From: Elusimicrobiaceae bacterium
Lineage (GTDB): Bacteria > Elusimicrobiota > Elusimicrobia > Elusimicrobiales > Elusimicrobiaceae
Length of the DNA stretch: 64,000 nucleotides
Direction: 5' to 3'
NCBI GenBank assembly: GCA_045604045.1
Contig: JAZUNI010000057.1
Location: 1,277-65,276 of the forward strand
This document shows positions 17,867 to 25,917 of this stretch, in pieces; position 1 is the first letter of the stretch, and every line of letters starts with the position of its first letter. Position numbers and translations under genes: made by a program. The notes beneath the pieces are model-generated. The model was not told the DNA's origin. It did not search any database and saw nothing but the letters and a program-made list of their open reading frames with translations.

Positions 17867-17895
17867 TTGTTTTGGGGGAGAGTTTTCTCTACAAT
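17867..17895 (+). promoter_or_regulatory. candidate promoter TTGTTT-17-TACAAT, ending 6 nt before ATG 17902
   Basis: TTGTTT at 17867-17872 and TACAAT at 17890-17895. No SD lies before the ATG. Confidence 0.45.
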
Positions 17896-17901
17896 ATAAG
17901 T

Positions 17902-20900
17902 ATGAAACAGCGGGTTTATAGTATAAAAACCGTCGTACTCTGTGCGCTTATTACACTGAGCGCTACGTTTGTTTGTGCGCAAAAATGGAAATATAAGCCC
18001 TTGCCTAAAGGGGCTAAACCTGTTACCGTGCCCCATGTGGTAAACCCGAAATGGTCCCGCGCCATGCAAGGAAGTATCACCCGGGCAAGCGGGGTGCAAG
18101 TAATACGAACCCATACAGCTAAAGAGGCAGCCCGTGCGGCAGCTACGGCCTCTATTAAACCGTCCCAGGTAATTGCGCAAACGGCACCAAAGCCGGCAGT
18201 GCTACCCGCCACCGAAGTGGTATCAGAAGCACTCCCCGCCGTGCAGGATACGGGAACAAATTTAACTGGCATGCAAGTATTAGCGACTTATTTCCCTACC
18301 TGGCGGCAAGAGTTGGGGGGAATGTTTAGCCAAGAACAACTAGATGCTATAGAAAAAGCCTTTGAGGATACGGACGAATGGATGTTTGTGCAAGGGGAAG
18401 ATGGAGAGCTGACCGTGCGCAACCAAGACGAGTGGAACTATGAGGAGCGTTTTTTAACGATTTTACAGGATAGCGGGGTTAGTTTTACGGAACGGCAAAT
18501 CAAACAATTACTGGGAACAAGAGGCATACGGGGATTTACATTAAGCGGCCCGCTAAAAACAGCTACGTTACAGGGATATATGTTGGCGTATGGAAAAATC
18601 CCGCGGGACCGAATTAAAGAAAAAAACAAACTGGTCCCGACGGCCCAATATACCCCCGAACAACAACTGGAAACAGCTGTAGGTGTCTATTATGTACGGG
18701 TGGTTTCTGCCAAACACTGTCCGTCTCACTCCGTGCCGTTAATTGCCTATATACAAGCGTTGGGCGCCAAATATCGAACTAACGCAGTCCCCAAAACACC
18801 ACAGCAGTATTTAGAAGAAATGGAAGACTTTGTTGTGCGTTATAGCCGCATTCCCCGTACCGAAATTGTTAGAGAAGGTAAAAAAATAAAACCGGCCGAT
18901 TTTACTCCGCAGGAAAAAGCCGAATACCAGTTGGCACACGGAGTAAACGGAATTTTAAAGCGCTCACAAAATGAACCAACGCCCATATCTACCCGTATGG
19001 CCCAATTAAAAGAACAATTCCGGCAAATAGCCCAGGCCAGTACACCTGACCAAGTGTTGACTGAAGTAGAACAATTTTTGGCTCAATATGACCGCATGCC
19101 ACTATTCTATCTTGCCCCTGCAAATGAGACAGAATTAACCGAACGGAAACTGGCCCAACGCGTTAATAACGCCATCAAAAATAATAAACCTGAATATGCT
19201 CCCGCTGTTAGCCGCTTACGTGCCTTAAAAGAAGCCAACCGCACACGGGCCGCAAGCATGAGTGATGAAGAATTGTTAAGTAAAGTGACTGATTTTATTG
19301 CCTGGTATAACCATTGGCCCCGCAAAACGATACGGCATGGGGGAAATACGTTACCGTTGGACCAATATTCACCGGAGGAACAAGAGGAAATACAACTAGG
19401 CCGCGCCGCAGAGAAGCGCTTGCAAATACGCGACGTTTCCCAATTCCCTGTTTTACAAAAACTGGCCAACATAAAAGAAACTTACCGCAAACACGCCATT
19501 GTAAAAACACCGGAGGAACACCTAGCTGATTTGGAACATTTTATTGCTGCCTACCACCGCTATCCGAACACCTATATTCTTAATCCAACCCCGGCCCAAC
19601 AAGCGGAAATGGCACTTGCAAAAAATGTAGCCTATAATATCCACGCCTTTGCGCCCGGTAATGCTGCCGCGGCACAATTAAGCGCCATAAAAGAACAATA
19701 CCGCAAACGCGCGATAGCTTTGTCCCACCAGGAACTCTACCAACAGCTGCTGGAATATTTACACCAAAATAAACGCCTGCCCTCTGAAGGGCCACTGTAT
19801 AAGTCCATGTGGGGCCGTCTGGATTATGCGACCCGGAACGGAGGAATTGAAGACCCGTGGTTGCAGAAAATTTATGAACTAAAAACTACCGTTCAAAATG
19901 CACCCGAAGGTAAATTTACTCTAACGCCGGACGGACAAGGCGGTTACATTTTAGAAACGGAAGAATCTGCACTAGAAGAAGCCGAAATTTCCACTCCGCA
20001 ACCGGTGGAAGAGGTAGCCCCGGTAACGCCTTCGGTCCACACCGTTCGTTTACGCATTACCGAACAGACCAAGAACTTAATTGAGTCCGTACGCGACGCA
20101 GCAGCCTTGGAACGACGCAAATTCTCGGGTTGGTTACGCGCTATGCACGAGCCGGAAAACCTCCCGCAAATTGTAGATAAAAACACTTTTGATGCGCTAC
20201 ACACTCTGAGTAAAGCCATTAATTTTGACCACCGCAACGGTCAAAATCGCCGCGCCGTAACATACCTGTTGAAAACCGTCAATAACTATGTGGGTGCATT
20301 GGGGGAACAACCCGAATTGAGCGTGTTTTATAAACTTATCTACCGCGGAAAAGTGGATCCTGCTATGCTGCCCAGTGCCGACAACTTCCACGTCGTAGCT
20401 GAAGAACAAGGTTTAAGCTGGGATGGTGCATTGGCTCCGCAAGTAGAAAAAGTAAACCGATTACTCATACAAGCCACTAAACAAGGTACTCCTTTTAGCG
20501 TGTACTTGGATGGCGATGAGGAAATGTTAACCACCATCCGGACTGAAAAAAATGTTCCCGCTAAAACAATTCATCAAGATTTATCCACCGTGTTAAAACA
20601 CCTACTGCCACCAGGGTATGAAGTACGTATTGGATTGCATGAAATAGGGATTTCCGGCAAAGATATGAGCAAATTCCGCAGAGGATATCTACACCTGCAC
20701 TTGGAACATGCCTCCGTACCGGACGGCGATATGGAAGGGTTGCTTATTGATCATAGTATTTCGTTAGATGTTGACGTGCGCCGGTTTGCCGGCCGTTGGA
20801 ACCCTCGCACGAAAGATTTTGATCCGCTTTGGGATAAAGACATTGCCCAAAATTATTTGGATTTGTTTAATAGTTTTCTGTCAGACGACGCCCGACAAAC

Positions 20901-20934
20901 CCTCCAAGAAATGGCTAGTTCTTCTTCAAAATAA
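17902..20934 (+). CDS. large secreted repeat protein (hypothetical)
   Basis: Signal peptide MKQRVYSIKTVVLCALITLSATFVCAQ. About six helical repeats of ~75 aa follow, then an unassigned ~330-aa C-terminal domain. Confidence 0.7.
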   Translation: MKQRVYSIKTVVLCALITLSATFVCAQKWKYKPLPKGAKPVTVPHVVNPKWSRAMQGSITRASGVQVIRTHTAKEAARAAATASIKPSQVIAQTAPKPAVLPATEVVSEALPAVQDTGTNLTGMQVLATYFPTWRQELGGMFSQEQLDAIEKAFEDTDEWMFVQGEDGELTVRNQDEWNYEERFLTILQDSGVSFTERQIKQLLGTRGIRGFTLSGPLKTATLQGYMLAYGKIPRDRIKEKNKLVPTAQYTPEQQLETAVGVYYVRVVSAKHCPSHSVPLIAYIQALGAKYRTNAVPKTPQQYLEEMEDFVVRYSRIPRTEIVREGKKIKPADFTPQEKAEYQLAHGVNGILKRSQNEPTPISTRMAQLKEQFRQIAQASTPDQVLTEVEQFLAQYDRMPLFYLAPANETELTERKLAQRVNNAIKNNKPEYAPAVSRLRALKEANRTRAASMSDEELLSKVTDFIAWYNHWPRKTIRHGGNTLPLDQYSPEEQEEIQLGRAAEKRLQIRDVSQFPVLQKLANIKETYRKHAIVKTPEEHLADLEHFIAAYHRYPNTYILNPTPAQQAEMALAKNVAYNIHAFAPGNAAAAQLSAIKEQYRKRAIALSHQELYQQLLEYLHQNKRLPSEGPLYKSMWGRLDYATRNGGIEDPWLQKIYELKTTVQNAPEGKFTLTPDGQGGYILETEESALEEAEISTPQPVEEVAPVTPSVHTVRLRITEQTKNLIESVRDAAALERRKFSGWLRAMHEPENLPQIVDKNTFDALHTLSKAINFDHRNGQNRRAVTYLLKTVNNYVGALGEQPELSVFYKLIYRGKVDPAMLPSADNFHVVAEEQGLSWDGALAPQVEKVNRLLIQATKQGTPFSVYLDGDEEMLTTIRTEKNVPAKTIHQDLSTVLKHLLPPGYEVRIGLHEIGISGKDMSKFRRGYLHLHLEHASVPDGDMEGLLIDHSISLDVDVRRFAGRWNPRTKDFDPLWDKDIAQNYLDLFNSFLSDDARQTLQEMASSSSK

Positions 20935-20943
20935 AATCTTTTT

Positions 20944-21021
20944 AATTAGCACTCACTCAAAGCGCTTGACAATTTTGTTTCATAATGCTAAACTAGCATT
21001 AAAGCAAGGCGAGTGCTAATT
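20944..21021. promoter_or_regulatory. CIRCE-like inverted repeat with an atypical 56-nt spacer enclosing the groES promoter
   Basis: AATTAGCACTC (20944-20954) and GAGTGCTAATT (21011-21021) are perfect complements. Each also has a degenerate partner at the canonical N9 distance (GCTTGACAA 20964-20972 and CTAGCATTA 20993-21001). Confidence 0.6.
20966..20994 (+). promoter_or_regulatory. sigma70 promoter of groES-groEL
   Basis: TTGACA (20966-20971), a 17-nt spacer, then TAAACT (20989-20994). The palindrome AATGCTA-aac-TAGCATT (20984-21000) overlaps the -10. Confidence 0.6.
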
Positions 21022-21058
21022 ACAACGCCAAACTATTTACTGATTAAGGAGGCTGCAT

Positions 21059-21352
21059 ATGGCAGAAGTAAAATTCAAACCGCTGGGCGACCGCGTGTTT
21101 GTAAAACCCATTGAACGGGAAACTATGAAAGGGGGAATTATCATCCCGGATACCGCTAAGGAAAAGCCCATGGAAGGAGAAGTATTAGCCGTGGGTGCCG
21201 GCAAACTAACCGACAAAGGCGAACGCGCCCCAATGGATGTTAAAAAAGGAGATCGCGTACTGTACGGTAAATATTCCGGTACGGAAGTAAAATTGGATGA
21301 TGAAACGTTTTTAATCTTGCACCAGGACGAAATCTTGGGAATTTTGGGGTAA
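21059..21352 (+). CDS. groES: co-chaperonin GroES
   Basis: 97 aa, with [12 protein letters not shown]...[11 protein letters not shown]. Confidence 0.97.
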   Translation: MAEVKFKPLGDRVFVKPIERETMKGGIIIPDTAKEKPMEGEVLAVGAGKLTDKGERAPMDVKKGDRVLYGKYSGTEVKLDDETFLILHQDEILGILG

Positions 21353-21369
21353 AAAAGGAGTAAAAATTT

Positions 21370-23007
21370 ATGGCTAAACAAATTATTTATGGCGACGAAG
21401 CCCGCGCCAAAATGAAAACGGGTATTGAAAAAGTAGCAAACGCGGTACGCGTAACCTTGGGACCCAAGGGACGCAGCGTAGTATTAGAAAAAAAGTTTGG
21501 TTCTCCGCTTATTATTGACGACGGTGTGACCATCGCTAAAGATATTGAACTGGAAGACAAATTTGAAAACATGGGTGCGCAGCTCATCCGTGAAGTAGCC
21601 TCTAAAACTAACGACGTAGCCGGCGACGGTACCACTACCGCCACCGTTTTGGCAAACGCCATGCTGACCGAAGGGATTAAAAACATCACGGCCGGTGCTA
21701 ACCCGACGCTCGTTAAAAAAGGCATTGAAAAAGCCGTAGAAGTAACCAAAGAAGCGTTAGAAAAAATGCACAAACCGGTCAAAACCAAAGAAGAAAAAGC
21801 GCAGATTGCCACCATTTCTTCTAATGACCGCGAAATTGGGAATATGATTGCCGAAGCCATTGAAAAAGTAGGTGCGGAAGGTGTCATTACCGTAGAAGAA
21901 GGTAAAACTGCTACCACCCAATTAGACATTGTGGAAGGGATGCAATTTGACCGCGGTTACATTTCGCCTTATTTTGTAACCGATTCCGAACGCATGGAAT
22001 GTGTGCTGGAAAACCCGTACATTATTATTACTGACAAGAAAATTTCTTCTATGAACGAACTCTTGCCCGTACTGGAAAAAATTGTACAAAGCGGGAAACA
22101 ATTCTTAATTGTAGCCGAAGATGTGGATGGCGAAGCGTTGGCTACGTTGGTAGTCAACAAACTACGTGGCACCTTAAAAGGTTGTGCCGTAAAAGCCCCT
22201 GGCTTTGGCGACCGCCGCAAAGAAATGCTGGAAGACTTGGCTATTTTAACCGGTGGTAACGTCATTAGCGAAGAACGCGGCATGAAGCTTGACAAAGCCG
22301 AACTACCCATGCTCGGCCAATGTGCCCGCGTGGTGATTGACAAAGAAAATACCACCATCGTTTCCGGCAAAGGCGAAAAAGCGGCCATTGATGCCCGCAC
22401 CGCCCAAATCCGCAAACAAATTGAAAACTCCACCAGCGACTATGACAAAGAAAAACTCCAAGAACGCTTGGCCAAACTGGCGGGCGGCGTAGCCGTCATT
22501 AGCGTTGGGGCTGCCACGGAAACGGAACTGAAAGCCAAAAAAGCCAAAGTGGAAGATGCCAAAAATGCTACCAAAGCCGGCGTGGAAGAAGGACTTGTGC
22601 CCGGCGGCGGGGTAGCTTTAGCGCGCTGCCAAAAAGCTTTAGACGGCATTAAAGAGGACAATGAAGATATCCGCACGGGTATCAACATTGTACGCAAAGC
22701 CTTGACGGCTCCGCTGAAACAAATTGCCGTCAACGCCGGTTTAGACGGTGCCGTAGTGGTAGACAAAGTGCTTTCCATGAAAGGGGCTGCTGACGGCTAT
22801 GATGCTGACCGCGACGAATATTGCGACCTGTTAAAAGCCGGCGTAGTAGACCCGGCCAAAGTGGTTCGCACGGCCTTAGAAAATGCGGCTTCTATCACCG
22901 GAACGGTGCTACTGACCGAAACCTTGGTAGCGGACGCTCCGGAGAAAGAACACAGCCATGCCCCGGCCGGCATGCCCGGGATGGGGGGTATGGGCGGCAT
23001 GATGTAG
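21370..23007 (+). CDS. groEL: chaperonin GroEL
   Basis: 545 aa, with [12 protein letters not shown] and a C-terminal GMGGMGGMM tail. Confidence 0.98.
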   Translation: MAKQIIYGDEARAKMKTGIEKVANAVRVTLGPKGRSVVLEKKFGSPLIIDDGVTIAKDIELEDKFENMGAQLIREVASKTNDVAGDGTTTATVLANAMLTEGIKNITAGANPTLVKKGIEKAVEVTKEALEKMHKPVKTKEEKAQIATISSNDREIGNMIAEAIEKVGAEGVITVEEGKTATTQLDIVEGMQFDRGYISPYFVTDSERMECVLENPYIIITDKKISSMNELLPVLEKIVQSGKQFLIVAEDVDGEALATLVVNKLRGTLKGCAVKAPGFGDRRKEMLEDLAILTGGNVISEERGMKLDKAELPMLGQCARVVIDKENTTIVSGKGEKAAIDARTAQIRKQIENSTSDYDKEKLQERLAKLAGGVAVISVGAATETELKAKKAKVEDAKNATKAGVEEGLVPGGGVALARCQKALDGIKEDNEDIRTGINIVRKALTAPLKQIAVNAGLDGAVVVDKVLSMKGAADGYDADRDEYCDLLKAGVVDPAKVVRTALENAASITGTVLLTETLVADAPEKEHSHAPAGMPGMGGMGGMM

Positions 23008-23048
23008 TGCGAAGGCGCACTGCCAACTTCCGCGCTAACTAATTAACT

Positions 23049-23088
23049 GATACCTCTTGCGGTATACGACCGCGAGAGGTATCGTTTT
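23049..23088 (+). terminator. groEL terminator 1
   Basis: GATACCTCTTGCGG-tatacga-CCGCGAGAGGTATC followed by GTTTT. Confidence 0.7.
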
Positions 23089-23126
23089 GAGGGCCTCCCA
23101 GTGCCCGCGCTGCAAAATTAACAAAA

Positions 23127-23163
23127 CCCCCTTGCGGTTACTGACCGCGAGGGGATTCGTTTT
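23127..23163 (+). terminator. groEL terminator 2 (diverged duplicate of terminator 1)
   Basis: CCCCCTTGCGG-ttactga-CCGCGAGGGG...GTTTT. It shares the core CTTGCGG-N7-CCGCGAG with terminator 1. Confidence 0.6.
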
Positions 23164-23212
23164 AAGGGCGGCATGATGTAATTAACAACTGTCGCGATGT
23201 TGCGATTTACGC

Positions 23213-23246
23213 ACGTTCCCCAAAACATTTTCGTTTTGGGGAACGT
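23213..23246. other. perfect 14-bp hairpin
   Basis: ACGTTCCCCAAAAC-attttc-GTTTTGGGGAACGT. There is no flanking U-tract on either strand. Confidence 0.6.
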
Positions 23247-23370
23247 TGCTTTACAGCGATACAATTTTCCACATTTGGGCACCTTTGCACCGACTTGCCA
23301 CTCGTAGCACCTAGCAGTGCAACTTCGGGCAACTTACAGTGCTAATCTTCCTCAAATAGGTTTCCAAATA

Positions 23371-24000
23371 TTACCACACCAACCCGGATGGACACTTACC
23401 CTTACACAATTGAATCCAATTTCCTGTAGGGTATTTTCTCTTTTGCAACATATAATAGCCACTTAGCGCAACCCCATTAATTCCATCTTCTTCCTCCCAC
23501 TGTCGTTGTGATGCTCTACCAGCCTGTATTTCACACCCCCAAAAAGCACAGTATGCATAATATACAAAATCCTTACTATAACAATACCCAAGTCCTTCTA
23601 TATCTTGTTTATCGCAAACAACCCCAGACAAATTTATATCTAACGTCGCCATAGCACCCCAACTGGTATCTGCACCAAAAAAGCTTTTATACCCCGTTTC
23701 TTCTGCTGGGAAACCATGTTCTAAGATATAAACATCCACTGCCTTTTGTAAGGTGTTTAGTACTGTCACCGCTTCACTCGCTCGTGCTTTTTCCACCGCT
23801 TTTTGGTATTGCGGCAAGGCTACCGCCGCCAAAATACCAATGATTAAAACTACCACCAATAATTCTATGAGGGTAAAACCGGAGCAAAGCATAGCCCTGA
23901 AATTGTTGTTGTTCAGGGCCTCCTCCTGTTTAATAGAACGACTAAATGCTGAAACAAGTTCAGCATGACGACTAAGCGTAAATGCTTGTTTATTTTTCAT
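23371..24000 (-). CDS. type IV pilin-like protein PL3
   Basis: Contains G|[43 protein letters not shown] lies before ATG 24000. An alternative in-frame ATG at 23892 would give the short leader MLCSG. Confidence 0.85.
   Translation of the reverse strand: MKNKQAFTLSRHAELVSAFSRSIKQEEALNNNNFRAMLCSGFTLIELLVVVLIIGILAAVALPQYQKAVEKARASEAVTVLNTLQKAVDVYILEHGFPAEETGYKSFFGADTSWGAMATLDINLSGVVCDKQDIEGLGYCYSKDFVYYAYCAFWGCEIQAGRASQRQWEEEDGINGVALSGYYMLQKRKYPTGNWIQLCKGKCPSGLVW
23894..23969. repeat. PL3 leader repeat block: hairpin-A plus a conserved 12-mer plus a second CTGAA/TTCAG hairpin
   Basis: The minus strand reads GTCATGCTGAA-CTTGT-TTCAGCAT (23969-23946), then TTAGTCGTTCTAT (contains the 12-mer, 23944-23933), then the SD AGGAGGAG, then GCCCTGAA-N10-TTCAGGGC (23919-23894). 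Confidence 0.75.
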
Positions 24001-24065
24001 ATTTAATCTCCTTACTTTTATTTACTGCAGACAAAAAAGTTATCCACAGCATCCACAACCATTTC

Positions 24066-24092
24066 AAGATATCAAAAAAAAAAACAAGTCAA
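24066..24092 (-). promoter_or_regulatory. candidate promoter of PL3 with a T11 tract in the spacer
   Basis: The minus strand reads TTGACT (24092-24087), TG, T11 (24084-24074), GA, TATCTT (24071-24066). The spacer is 15 nt. The layout matches the PL1 promoter. Confidence 0.45.
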
Positions 24093-24212
24093 GCAATAAA
24101 TATATTTAAATATGTATATAGGACTTTTGGGGAAGATGTAATTAGGTCTTTTGACCCCTAGAAAATTTCTCAAATTTTATTACACTAGTAGTATACCTAA
24201 GGAGGACTGATT

Positions 24213-24905
24213 ATGAAAAAACTAATCGCAGGGATGATATGTTTGATGTTAGCCGTCGTAACGGCGCAAGCCCAACAGGCTAAACAGGGAGTTCTTATGC
24301 GCGTAAAAGCCGCTGTACACAAAGCGGCTGCACAAGTTAAGGCACCCCAACCGGTTAAAATCCCGGGAGATAAACGTCTCGTAATGGTACAACTGGAATT
24401 ACAAGAAGAAGATGTGAATCCGGATTATATTTTGCACCGTTACTGGCATTGCCCGGCTGTCATTTTTACCAAAGACGGAGCGCTAGCTTTTGACGGAGAA
24501 TGCTGGAAGGCATTTGAAGAAGCAGCAAAATTGCCCGTCGGCCCCGCTGCACGTTTCTTCGTAGATTTGGGGAAATTGGGTGACTATACCACCGGAGAAC
24601 ATGCCGGAGAACCGTTCTACTTTATGGCTAGCTATGTGGCTGATGGCCCAGGCAACGAATATATACATAGTGTAGAGGAATCATTTGTACGCTCGTCCGA
24701 CAAGACGTATATTATATACAAACGATCCTTGTTTAATGACCCGACCGATGAGGAAAATGTGGATAATTCCGAAGTTAAAAAGGCTATTGCCGATTATTAC
24801 GCCCAGCAAAACTTAAAGGATGTAACGGCTGAAACCTTATCAAAGTATTTCCGCCAGCAACATGCTAGAACAAACCGTGAATTAACGCCCGTTCGTTGGT
24901 TTTAA
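24213..24905 (+). CDS. secreted hypothetical protein
   Basis: AAGGAGG SD and signal peptide MKKLIAGMICLMLAVVTAQA. 230 aa. Confidence 0.65.
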   Translation: MKKLIAGMICLMLAVVTAQAQQAKQGVLMRVKAAVHKAAAQVKAPQPVKIPGDKRLVMVQLELQEEDVNPDYILHRYWHCPAVIFTKDGALAFDGECWKAFEEAAKLPVGPAARFFVDLGKLGDYTTGEHAGEPFYFMASYVADGPGNEYIHSVEESFVRSSDKTYIIYKRSLFNDPTDEENVDNSEVKKAIADYYAQQNLKDVTAETLSKYFRQQHARTNRELTPVRWF

Positions 24906-24928
24906 GTAATTATTGAAATTAAGAAAAT

Positions 24929-24969
24929 ACGTCCGTTTATTTCTAACTAAAAAACGGACGTGTTTTTTT
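24929..24969 (+). terminator. rho-independent terminator
   Basis: ACGTCCGTTT...AAACGGACGT followed by GTTTTTTT. Confidence 0.7.
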
Positions 24970-25016
24970 GTGTAATTTTTTATAGAATAGGAACATAATT
25001 AAAGGGGGAAACAGTT

Positions 25017-25802
25017 ATGGCACAAAATCCAATGTTTAACGAAAACGCTTTTAAACGCGCCAAAGCCCAACACCAAGCCGGCTACGCGCAAGAAGAATTT
25101 AACGAGCCTATGCACCTGGTGCGCGGCATAGAAGATACGTCACAAGTAATGACCTTACAGGGCACGATTAACAAAACATTTTTCCTACTGCTAATTTGTG
25201 TGGTGGGAGGAATGATGAGCTGGACCAACCCACAAGCGTGGTTGCCGTACTCGTGGCTGATTGCTATTGGGGCGTTAGGTCTTGCATTTTGGACGGCCTT
25301 TAAACCAGCTGTAGCTATGTTTACAGCGCCCATTTATGCGTTTTTGGAAGGCGCGCTTTTAGGTGCGGTATCAGCTATGTACAATGCCCAATTTAATGGT
25401 ATTGTGTTTAACGCGGTAGCGATTACGGTCTTAGTGTTTTTCTTTATGCTTGCGTTGTACAAATTTCAAATTATCCGCGTAACACGTGGGCTGATGATTG
25501 GGATTTTCTCTGCTACGTTAGCAGTTTGTGTACTGTATATTGGCTCGTGGATTTTATCTTTATTTGGCGTAAACACTGCGTATTTAACCTCTTCCTCGCC
25601 GTTGTCCATTGGTATTAGCGTGGTGGTGTGCATTATAGTGGCGTGTAACTTTTTACTTGACTTTGAATTTATTAATCGCATGACCGACGAATATGCGGCC
25701 CCCAAATATATGGAATGGTATGCTGGGTTTAGCTTGCTGGTTACCTTGATTTGGCTATACCTGGAAATTCTGCGTCTGTTGGGCAAAACCCGAAGCCGAT
25801 AA
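25017..25802 (+). CDS. Bax inhibitor-1/YccA-like membrane protein
   Basis: 261 aa with N-terminal MAQNPMFNENAF and about 7 TM helices. The overall layout resembles the BaxI_1 family. Recall only. Confidence 0.55.
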   Translation: MAQNPMFNENAFKRAKAQHQAGYAQEEFNEPMHLVRGIEDTSQVMTLQGTINKTFFLLLICVVGGMMSWTNPQAWLPYSWLIAIGALGLAFWTAFKPAVAMFTAPIYAFLEGALLGAVSAMYNAQFNGIVFNAVAITVLVFFFMLALYKFQIIRVTRGLMIGIFSATLAVCVLYIGSWILSLFGVNTAYLTSSSPLSIGISVVVCIIVACNFLLDFEFINRMTDEYAAPKYMEWYAGFSLLVTLIWLYLEILRLLGKTRSR

Positions 25803-25823
25803 GGCGAAACAAATATATCTGTT

Positions 25824-25857
25824 TTAAGCCCCGTAACGCTACGGGGCTTAAATTTTG
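25824..25857 (+). terminator. rho-independent terminator
   Basis: TTAAGCCCCGT-aacgct-ACGGGGCTTAA followed by ATTTTG. Confidence 0.65.
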
Positions 25858-25917
25858 TAAAATATATCCAACGGGGCTGAAGGTTGAGCCCACATCACTT
25901 AAACAAGGAGTCATTAC

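Noticed and set aside
20946-20972. A canonical CIRCE (TTAGCACTC-N9-GAGTGCTAA) at groES.
   Set aside because: At the N9 distance only 5 of 9 and 6 of 9 positions match. The two perfect halves are 56 nt apart, and I report this as an atypical arrangement rather than a standard operator.
21387-23000. Five long antisense ORFs (112-180 aa) on the minus strand inside groEL.
   Set aside because: They mirror the unmistakable groEL frame. They are Ser/Ala/Thr-rich low-complexity translations with no start context. Such ORFs are typical of the antisense strand of highly expressed GC-balanced genes.
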